DNA of 64,000 bases from Octopus vulgaris. Lineage: Eukaryota. The stretch lies in the NCBI GenBank assembly GCA_951406725.2, contig OX597814.1:57908001-57972000 (forward strand), written 5' to 3'. A program made the position numbers and the translations under genes. The notes beneath the pieces are model-generated. The model was not told the DNA's origin. It ran no database searches and saw only the letters and a list, made by a program, of their open reading frames with translations. Shown here one piece after another: positions 54,137 through 64,000 of the stretch (the stretch's first letter is position 1; each line of letters begins with the position of its first letter).

Positions 54137-54785
54137 GCAATAATAAATCTCTGAACGAGATGTAAACAGTAACTGCACGACAATGTGAGGTATACTAGCC
54201 ATCTCAATATGGCTAACCACTAAGGGTGGGTGTTACTGTAGCTTGTAGCCCCAGGAGATTATCGTCGCCAGCTGGCTTTAGGTACACTTTCTGTGCGCTT
54301 ATGGTATTTGCAAAGGGAGGTCATCCCTTCCTCGTCAACCTAGGTGACACGCACGGACTGCAGTTTCTAGGTATTTGCCTGTCTTCAGCGTACGGTAGTT
54401 ACCGGTTGTCGATGAAGGGAGTCCCAATGCAAATCTTTATATAGTTTTTCCAGTATCTTTTCGTCACTGATCTCGAAAAACTCTATGCAAGCAATAATAA
54501 ATCTCTGAACGAGATGTAAACAGTAACTGCACGACAATGTAAGGTATACTAGCCATCTCAATATGGCTAACCACTAAGGGTGGGTGTTACTGTAGCTTGT
54601 AGCCCCAGGAAATCATCGTTTCCAGCTGGCTTTAGGCACACTTTCTGCGCCCTTTGCAAATACCATAAGGGCACAGAAAGTATGCCTAAAGCCAGCTGGA
54701 GACGATGATCGCCTGGGGCTACAAGCTACAGTAACACCCACCCTTAGTGGTTAGCCATATTGAGATGGCTAGTATACCTTGCATT
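54137..54785 (-). mobile_element. PLE-end relic with partial tandem plus inverted repeat
   Basis: 54137-54300 is repeated directly at 54491-54652 and inverted at 54650-54785; hammerhead in the spacer. Confidence 0.85.
54351..54393 (-). ncRNA. Minimal type I hammerhead ribozyme, family H9
   Basis: GUACG-CUGAAGA-cAGG caaaua CCUa-GAAA-CUGCAG-UC-CGUGC; palindromic ACUGCAGU stem III, triplet GUC. Confidence 0.8.
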
Positions 54786-54832
54786 ATATATATATGTATA
54801 TATATATATATATATATTATACACACACACAC

Positions 54833-54879
<47 letters not shown>

Positions 54880-54889
54880 TATATATGTA

Positions 54890-55032
54890 TAACCTAGATA
54901 GACTTAGGTATGTTTCGACCAAAGATTGGTTCAGGCTATTTCTAACTTACTAGCATCATCTGATAGGATTATCTAAATCCTGTGTAAGTCACATTTTGTT
55001 TACGATCCATTCAAGTAGTGAGTTCTTGTTGG
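54890..55032 (-). mobile_element. 3' terminal fragment of the CR1/L2-like LINE seen at 37880-38030
   Basis: Shared tatgtttcgaccaaagattgg...ctgataggattat...ccattcaagtagtgagttcttgttgg. Confidence 0.85.
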
Positions 55033-55064
55033 CTGATATTTATTGAGAATTTACAAAAAAAAAA

Positions 55065-55250
55065 AAAGCCCCAAAAAAACAATAGACGAAGACGGATGTG
55101 TAAACAACAAACCGATATATTAGTTCAACGCTCGGGAAGTGACAGAATCTTTTACATTTCGAGCCTACGCACTTCGACGGAAAGGGACACAGAATTAATC
55201 AGGGAGTGAGAGAGAAAGAAAACAAAAACGTTTAGTGGCTAGCGATCTAT
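55065..55250 (-). mobile_element. PLE-end-like repeat with a degenerate hammerhead (family H5)
   Basis: Minus strand cgtcgaagtgcgtaggctcgaaatgtaaaag; homologous to 12218-12385. Confidence 0.5.
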
Positions 55251-55381
55251 TCATACATACACACATATATATATATTTATACCGGAGTAAACACATATAT
55301 GTGAAACAAGGTGGAAAAAAAGAGTACCCAAATACCAGTGGTAGAGTAATATGCTTTATTTAAAGCAGCAGAAAATTCAAC

Positions 55382-55429
55382 AAAATCTGTTACTCTGAGT
55401 TTCTCGTTGCCGTTCATCAGACAGTTTTT
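55382..55429 (-). ncRNA. Type I hammerhead ribozyme, family H10 (sense copy)
   Basis: CUGU-CUGAUGA-aCG gcaa CGa-GAAA-CUC a GAG-UA-ACAG; stem I extends (aacaaaa/uuuuguu); triplet GUA. Confidence 0.78.
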
Positions 55430-55577
55430 GTTAGAATGGAACCAATATATCAATTTAATCCAGACTCTTACAAACGCTACACCTTTACAACATAAACTTG
55501 CTTGATTGGCCCTTTAGAAATAACGGTCAATATTCGAGCGATAAATAAAAAATGAGCTCAAAAATATATATATATAT

Positions 55578-55990
55578 GAGTGGCTGTGTGGTAAGTAGCT
55601 TGCTAACCAACCACATGGTTCCGGGTTCAGTCCCACTGCGTGGCATCTTGGGCAAGTGTCTTCTGCTATAGCCCCGGGCCGACCAATGCCTTGTGAGTGG
55701 ATTTGGTAGACGGAAACTGAAAGAAGCCTGTCGTGTATATGTATATATATATAAGTGTGTGTGAATATGTTTGTGTGTCTGTGTTTGTTCCCCTAGCATT
55801 GCTTGACAACCGATGCTGGGGTGTTTACATCCCCGTCACCTAGCGGTTCGGCAAAAGAGACCGATAGAATAAGTACTGGGCTTACAAAGAATAAGTCCCG
55901 GGGTCGAGTTGCTCGACTAAAGGCGGTGCTCCAGCATGGCCGCAGTCAAATGACTGAAACAAGTAAAAAGAAAAAGAAAAAGAAAGAAAG
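55578..55990 (+). mobile_element. SINE family C inserted in the left PLE arm only
   Basis: Near-consensus copy in a (TA)n run; absent from the matching point of the right arm (about 58600-58630). Confidence 0.9.
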
Positions 55991-57017
55991 ATATATATAT
56001 ATATATAAAAATTATGAAAATTATAAAATTCGAGGAAAAACCTTACATTGAGCAAAATACATATTGACGTTAAAGAAGGAAATATAATTAATACATGGAA
56101 ATTAAAATGCATTATAAATATTACACTGCAATACATATTCATATTAAAGTGTACATATATATATCAACATACACAGAAGGATGCGTGCAAACGCCATACA
56201 TATACAGATGTATAAATATAAATCTAAAATATACACACAAATGCATGCACACATATGTATACGCAATCTATCTCGCACGCAAGTTAAATCATGGATACTA
56301 ATGTAGCGTTCCTTATTTACGGAGCAAAGCTTAAGACATAAGTAAGTGAGGGGGACGTAAAGTTGTATGCACCAGTATCATATAGTTAGAGAAAAAAACG
56401 AAAGAAACGAAGAGAGAGAAAAAGAAATGAAGAAGGGGGAAGGAAAAAAGAAAAAGGAGGAGTGAGGAAAAAACGAAATAAGAAAAATTATGTATACAAC
56501 TGTGTAACCACGTTATTGACATTTATATAGAGACAAGTATACAAACACACAAGTTCAAATGGATACATACACATACAGTCGTGTATGTGTGTGCTTAAGC
56601 ACAAACATACGCTCACTTACACATACACAGAGACGCATGCTTACAAATACATATCCATGGCTATACACATATTTACATCAAAATTCTAATTTTTGACAAC
56701 ATTGCTTTTTTAAAATATTGGTGAGTGTAATAATGAAAAATATACGAAAGACATAAAATATAACACCCTATTTTGGATCATCTATAAATTAAAAACCAAA
56801 GTAATCCTATACAATACAATAACATGAAATAAACAAAGCCGAAGGTTTTTCCTAAGGTATATGTAGAAATATAAACAAAATAAACAAAATATATGCATGA
56901 GACTTTGCTATACGGAATGAAATCTGCATAGCGCGAAACAAATCCATCGTCGCGTTTACATACTAGTCCAAGAGTCAAAATCAAAATTTCAAACATCAAA
57001 AATACAAAATATATACT

Positions 57018-57810
57018 CTATCTATATGGTATATTTATATTTGACATTTTAAATTTGGTTGCGTGTCTACATAAGTTCATCAGCTCACTTCTTTGATTCA
57101 AAGAATTATTGTCTTTGAATAAAATATACAGTTTCTCTAATAGTCAAAGATTGCACTTAAAATTATTCCTGTGTGCTCTATGCCTGTATGGTGCCGCTCT
57201 GTCCAGAATGCTCCATGTCACGTTGAAAGGTGGGGTTTCCTTTTCTTTTAGTTCCCAGGCATATTTTGCTAGGCTGGTCCTCTTCCTATTCTCTGGGTAT
57301 CTAAATGAATTTTTATGCGAATAAAATCGTGTTTTAAACGAATTTTCTGAAGCCCCTGTATATGTCTTGTATTCCGATGAGCCTTCTATTTGTACCTTGG
57401 CTCTATAAACTACTCCTTTTACTAGACATTTCCCTTCTAACGGACAGGAGGTTTCATTTTTGCAATTGCATTTCTTAATGGGCTCGGCACCATGTTTAAT
57501 CTCAATCAGATTCCTATTATGCTGGCTAATGTAAGGGGCGAAATTTCTGCAACAAGAATAGCTAACCTTCAGGGTTCTTCTATTAAATACCCTATAGAAT
57601 TTATGGCCCTGCTTAAAATGCTTAGAGACTAATCTCAAAAATTCCTTACCTATATTAGTCTTTACGGCCAAATTGAAAGCCGGGTTGAACCACAAAACTT
57701 TCCTGGTCCTAGTTCTTCGTGCAGCATTATTATCAGCATTAAGCTGGCTGTATTGGATCTTCTCAGAGAATCCACTATTCTTTAATGCGCTATCGTACAG
57801 AGAAATATGA
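57018..57810 (-). pseudogene. Penelope-like ORF C-terminus (linker plus GIY-YIG endonuclease), one in-frame stop
   Basis: WFNPAFNLAVKTNIGKEF..CNC..CPLEGKCL..GVVY..YTG..FKTRF..H..CNL*LLEKLYI..LNQRSELMNLCRH. Confidence 0.92.
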
Positions 57811-58594
57811 AAGAAAAAAATACTTTGATTTTTAATTTATAGATGATCCAAAATAGGGTGTTATATTTTATATGTCTTTCGTATATTTTTCATTATTACA
57901 CTCACCATTTTTTAAAAAGGGCAATGTTGTCAAAAATTAGAATTTTGATGTAAATATGTGTATAGCCATGGATATGTATTTGTAAGCATGCGTCTCTGTG
58001 TATGTGTAAGTGAGCGTATGTTTGTGCTTAAGGCACACACATACACGACTGTATGTGTATGTATCCATTTGAACTTGTGTGTCTATATACTTGTCTCTAT
58101 ATAAATGTCAATAACGTGGTTACACAGCTTGAATACATAATTTTTCTTATTTCGTTTTTTCCCACTCCTCCTTTTTCTTTTTTCCTTCCCCCTTCTTCGT
58201 TTCTTTCGTTTTTTCTCTAACTATATGATACTGGTGCATACAACTTTACGTCCCCCTCACTTACTTATGTCTTAAGCTTTGCTCCGTAAATAAGGAACGC
58301 TACATTAGCATCCATGATTTTAACTTGTGTGCGAGATAGATTGCGTATACATATGTGTGCATGCATTTGTGTGTATATTTTAGATTTATATTTATACATC
58401 TGTATATGTATGGCGTTTGCACGCATCCTTCTGTGTATGTTGATATATATATGTACACTTTAATATGAATATGTATTGCAGTGTAATATTTATAATGCAT
58501 TTTAATTTCCATGTATTAATTATATTTCCTTCTTTAACGTCAATATGTATTTTGTTCAATGTAAGGTTTTTCCTCGAATTTTATAATTTTCATA

Positions 58595-58631
<37 letters not shown>

Positions 58632-58768
58632 TATTTTTGAGCTCATTTTTTATTTATCGCTCGAATATTGACCGTTATTTCTAAAGGGCCAAGCAAGCAA
58701 GTCCATTTTTTAAAGGTGTAGCATTTGTAAGAGTTTGGATTGAATTGATATATCGGTTCCATTCTAAC

Positions 58769-58817
58769 AAAAACTGTCTGATGAACGGCAACGAGAAACT
58801 CAGAGTAACAGATTTTG
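58769..58817 (+). ncRNA. Type I hammerhead ribozyme, family H10 (inverted copy)
   Basis: ctgt ctgatga acggcaacga gaaa ctcagag ta acag. Confidence 0.78.
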
Positions 58818-59454
58818 TTGAATTTTCTGCTGCTTTAAATAAAGTATATATATTTATGTATACATATATACACACATACATGCATATATGTAGACACACA
58901 CTCACACACACATATATGTACGTATGTATATGTATATAAAATTTTAAGACAAATAAATGAAGAAAAACAAATGAGTTGCCAGTGGCATGTATAAGGACAC
59001 TAATAATGAATAAAATCATAATAATTCGGAGTAGGCAACAGTATGTTTATAACGTCAACAGAGAATAAATTCTTACATTGTTGAAGTTGTATTCATCTCC
59101 AAATGAAAAATAAACAGATATCTCGTAACTATTGCGACCGATTCCAAATGAGAAATTCCAGTTGAGAAAATCGCAATAATCTAGAATTCTCAATTTTATT
59201 GAGACAAGGGGATACTGTGGTCACTGGATTTTGCCTGAATGGGCATTATCAACACAGCAGCTATCCAGCATTGATTCCAAAATTCACGAGATTAGAGATG
59301 GATTGGAAGAGAAGTGTACACTTACGGATGAGAGTACACTAACGCATAAGGAGCTAACGGAAATGACTAAGAGAGGCTAATTACAATGCAAGTTTACTTT
59401 TCGGTTAGTTGAAATTATCTTCCCGTTGAGACAGAAAAGTAAACGAATGGCAAA

Positions 59455-59885
59455 GGCGCAGGAGTGGCTGTGTGGTAAATAGCTTGCTTACCAACCACAT
59501 GGTTCCGGGTTCAGTCCCACTGCATGGCACCTTGGGCAAGTGTGTTCTACTATAGCCTCGGGGCGACCAAAGCCTCGTGAGTGGATTTGGTAGACGGAAA
59601 CTGAAAGAAGCCCATCGTATATATGTATATGTATATGTATAAGTATGTTTGTGTGTGTATGTGTGTGTTTGTGTGTGTGTGTGCGTGTCTGTGTCTGTCC
59701 CCCCAACATCGCTTGACAATCGATGCTGGTGTGTTTGTGTCCCCGTAACTTAGCGGTTAGACAAAAAGAGAACGATAGAATAAGTTCTAGGCTTACAAAG
59801 AATAAGTCCTGGGGTCGATTTGCTCGACTAAAAGCGGTGCTCAAGCATGGCCAGAGTCAAAATGACTGAAACAAGTAAAGAGAGA
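59455..59885 (+). mobile_element. SINE family C, full length
   Basis: ggcgcaggagtggctgtgtggtaa head through the gactgaaacaagtaaa tail. Confidence 0.9.
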
Positions 59886-61179
59886 GAATGCTGCGTGGCA
59901 ACTGCAACCAACTCCAAATGAAAACTTGTGTGTCTGTATATACATGCACTGGCACACATCCATACACACATACATTCATAAAGTATTTGTCATCATGATT
60001 TGGAATATAACAATATTCTTACTGGAAGCATACATCTGTAATAAACCTGACAACATATCTATGAGCCTTCATCTAACTACCTAATCTAGATTTTGTTGTA
60101 AATATTTTGCGATCCAGGTAGCACACACTTTGAACAAGAATGACACCAATATCATTAGTTATACCTTTGTACAATTGCACATTATGTGTTTTCGCTCCTG
60201 CTGTTAATGCACGCACAATTGGGTATAAAGCTGATCAATGATTCGTCAAGATTATTGGAGCTGTATGCATATTATTATCTCATGTTGGACTTCCGATATT
60301 TGACCTTTCATAGATGAAAAGAATTGCTTTTGAAAGTGTAATGTATCCATACAAAGTGAGCGCGATACCGTCTATAAGCATTCTACTATACGGAACTTCA
60401 ACTTTCTGCAGTTTTCAGTCATAACGTTTAACTATGTAATGGGTAATTCTAATTTTCCCAAACTACATAAGCTTCTATTCCATAAGAGTTGATTTCATTG
60501 AACAGTTAAATGGCTGTTTCTTGTGATGGCCTGAAATTTCCTGTTTTGGTTTTGTGCTCTGGGTGTTTACAGAGAGCTAATAATTTAAATAAATCAATTC
60601 ACAAGCCCGAACTCACATCTACCTGTCACATCTCAATCCTATTGCAAATTGAAGAGGGGTGCTTCTATACTGAGCCAGGATGTATTTTCCCGGTTTTGTG
60701 CGTCATGTGTAGATTTTAACACTGATATTTAATATAGTCATGTCACGCATCTAGCAATATCTTTTGACGTGTCATCGATACATAATCCTTGTCTCAAATG
60801 AGGTATGTGGTGACGCACACATCATAGATGCAAAACTTGTTGGGCAGTTTCAAGTCGTTGTGTAACTAAATTTATTTCTCCAGCATCCGAAACGCAAGTG
60901 AATTCTTCCCAACACTCTGTAATTTCGGATACATTTCTGATTGTAGAGCTGCGATGATGTACCAAATAATGCACGATACAAAATATAATCACTTCTTTTC
61001 GTTCTATATACAGCTCATCTAGGCTTTCTTCAGGCTTTCTGCAATTCTCTCTCGCTCTCACTCTCTCTGTGCACACACACACACATACACACACACACCC
61101 ACAGACTCACACAGAGACTCACATAGAGACTCACACACAAACACACATACAAACACACACGTTTGTGTGTTTGTGTGTG

Positions 61180-61520
61180 AAACCGCATGGCTCAGTAGTT
61201 AAGGCTTCGGGCTTACAATCATGAGATTGTGTGTTCTATTCATGGACCGGGCTGTGTGTTATGTTCTTGAGCAAGAATTTTTTATTTAATGTTGCTCCAG
61301 TTTACTCAGCTGTGGAAATAAGTTGCGACATCACTGGTGCAAAGCTGTATTGGCCTTTGACAAGCTGTATCGACCTTTGGACAACATTGGTGTTGCGGAG
61401 CGGGGAGGCTGCTATGCATGGGTGACTGCTGCTCTTCCACAAATAGCTTTGCCCGGACTTGTGCCTCGTGGATGAATTTTCAAAGAGCAATCCCATGGTC
61501 ATTCGTGACCAAAGGGTGTC
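61180..61520 (+). mobile_element. tRNA-headed SINE (family B-like head, distinct tail)
   Basis: tggctcagtagttaagg head; tgttcttgagcaaga; tail shared with 41880-42045. Confidence 0.75.
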
Positions 61521-62020
61521 TTAAGTACGTATGTATGTGTCTTTTTTTTTACACACATGTACATTAGTTTTGTGTTCGTTAGTAAGTCATATATTAGATT
61601 GTGTTCGCATTTCTGCACAGTGATAGAGATGATAGATTATACAACATAACGTGGGATTATTTGAAGGTTAAAAGTCATAAGTGTAGATAAAAGAACGTTT
61701 CATAAGCAACTTTAAATAATTTTTCATTAAAATTTGACAACTGACATTTTTTGCCGTATTTGAGATTCTGCAAAATGATCTTACTTCTCTCTATTTGTTT
61801 CCATTATTTGGCATTAGAATAAATTGAATAAATCTTGATTAATGGTATCTTTTCCTAACTGACATGTAATCGATCATTGCAAGGTCAGAGGTAGAAGAAA
61901 TGACGTCATCGCTGTCTTCATATTATTTGATAGTTTCTTATAATTTACGTTGCACCCACGCAGATATATGCATGGATAAATAGACGCACACACACATATA
62001 TATATTTACATAAAATACAT

Positions 62021-62052
<32 letters not shown>

Positions 62053-62075
62053 TATATATATATGTGTGTGTGTAA

Positions 62076-62130
<55 letters not shown>

Positions 62131-62654
62131 AGGACACACGCACAGACATTTGTGTATACATATATATATATATGTATAAGTATCAGTAAATATTCATATG
62201 AATATGTAGATGTAAACTACCCAGGTAGAAAAAGTTTTCCATGGGGAGTTTAAAACCAATAATTGCGTATTGTTGTATTTGCTCTTTGTACAACATAATA
62301 TATTGCTTTCTTTTTTACCTAACTGTTGGGAATAGCTTCGAGATCATAAGCACACACACCCCTCCTGCACACAAACTCACACTCACACCCAGAAACAGTC
62401 AGTTTCATATAGCAATGTGTCTATGTGTGGCTGTTTCTTTTGTCTAATCTAAACATGACTATTTGGCTTCTGTACGTAGAGACTGTGCTTACGTTCCAGT
62501 GTATAGGTTTGTTGTACATATAGCATATTTCCATTTAATGTCATGTATTTTTCTCACTTAGTTGACTGGGCAGGGTTTTTACAAAGGCTTCTTTAGTTAT
62601 GTATTACTAAGAGAAATGAATCTCGTTTTCGGTTATTATAATAAACATAATATA

Positions 62655-63242
62655 GGCAGCGCGTTGGTTGAATCGTAGGCACGCCAGACATAATGCTTAG
62701 CGGCATTTCGTTTGTTTTTATATTCTGAGTTCAAATTCCGTCGGGGCCGACTTTGTCTTTTATCCTTTCGGGGTCGATAAAATAAGTACCAGTCAAGAAC
62801 TAGAATCCATAAAATCGGTTACCCCTCCTATCACAAACTGCTGGCCCTGTGCCGAAATATGAAAATCATTATAAATACAATTATGTGGAGGCAGGTGTCT
62901 TAGTGGTTATAGGTTTTGCATTCAGGATAATAAGATTGTGGTTTTGATTCCTGGACCGAGCGATGCGTGATGTTCTTGAGCACATCACTTCATTTACCGA
63001 TGCTCCAGTTCATTCAGCTGGCAAAAGATAATAATCCTGTATAAGACAGGGAGCTGACAGAGTCACTGGTCTCGCCGGGCAACGCTTAGCAGCATTTTGT
63101 CAGTCTTTACGTTCTGGGTTCAAATTCCACCAAGGTCGACTTTGCTTTCCATCCTTTTTGTGTCGATGAAATAAGTACCAATCAAATTTAATGTAGTTAA
63201 CCCTCTTCTGCAAATTTTCGAGCCTTGTGCGTATAATAGAAA
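62655..63242 (+). mobile_element. SINE cluster: family A (62655-62865), family B-like head (62886-63030), family A (63050-63242)
   Basis: Consensus heads and cores seen directly. Confidence 0.75.
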
Positions 63243-63534
63243 TAATTTTTATAACTACATTTGGATTTAATAGGGAGAAATCTTGAAATGAACACTTAGT
63301 GCTATCCACAAGATGAAATAAAAACAATATAAAACCGTCTCTTTTCAAAAAATTCTTAGTTATAGAAAATTCTTTACTCATTCTGATTGAAATATGTTTT
63401 AGCCAGTCTAATACAAACATTTTTCTAAATATACACCGGAGATATAATGCGAACGGTATGTAAACATATATTCATGCATATATCATATGAAATTATCCAA
63501 AGGTATATTATGATACTCATTTAAAATGTTTGCC

Positions 63535-63708
63535 CAAGGCCAGTAATTTCCGGGGAAGGGATAAAGCAACTGGTACTTATTTCATTGACCCCGAAAGAAT
63601 GAAATGCGAAGTCACCGTTGATAGAATTTGAACTCAGAACGGAAAGAGGAGCGTAATGCCGCTAAGAATTTTGTCCGGTGTGCAAACGATTTTGTCGGTT
63701 CACCGCCT
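63535..63708 (-). mobile_element. SINE family A
   Basis: ggtacttatttcattgaccccgaaag...tttgaactcagaac. Confidence 0.75.
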
Positions 63709-64000
63709 TAGTATATTATGATATTAAAATTCTGTCCGATAAGAATTTTCATAGCAATCGTACATCAAAGAATAGAAATAGCGAAGGTGTACATGGTTTC
63801 ATTATACTCAAGATGCAGTAACTAAATCTGCTTGAAACTTACTCTCTCAAGATTTGCCTTACAAAAATATGCAATATTGTGGAAAATAAAGATGGTCCGG
63901 TCAGCACTTGTTTGATCATTAATGGAATGTATAAAGCAGCAAAAACAACGACAACAGTAACAGCAACAACTGCGACAAAATAGCAACAGCAACGATGACG

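Larger units (their letters stand above)
55280..58845 (-). mobile_element. 5'-truncated Penelope-like element with ~1-kb inverted terminal repeats
   Basis: 55355-56804 (excluding the SINE) is the reverse complement of 57821-58843; encloses a GIY-YIG ORF. Confidence 0.92.

Noticed and set aside
60822-61094. KPEESLDELY peptide resembling an LTR-retrotransposon gag motif
   Set aside because: Too short; no supportable zinc knuckle, protease or LTR.

Overview
AT-rich, repeat-saturated eukaryotic DNA, most likely intergenic or intronic sequence of an octopod cephalopod (inferred from the tRNA-derived SINE families and the (TA)n/(CA)n/(TAA)n load). I can support no host protein-coding exon, and most listed ORFs are microsatellite artefacts. 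Recognisable content: a near full-length but disabled R4/Dong-type non-LTR retrotransposon in a (TAA)n array (about 18690-22790); a second RLE-LINE fragment; CR1/L2-like LINE fragments; two mariner relics; a Tc1/pogo-type MITE; Helitron-like pieces; and about 30 SINE copies from three families. The most striking signal is invisible in the ORF track. The window holds at least 16 type I hammerhead-ribozyme motifs from about 10 sequence-unrelated families, 7 of them with an intact or nearly intact core. Most lie in the arms of fold-back (inverted-repeat) Penelope-like relics. Where a GIY-YIG remnant fixes the orientation, a hammerhead lies downstream of it on the sense strand. One family also carries a tRNA-like Pol III promoter upstream of its ribozyme. 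All folds were derived by eye, and degraded-element boundaries are approximate.
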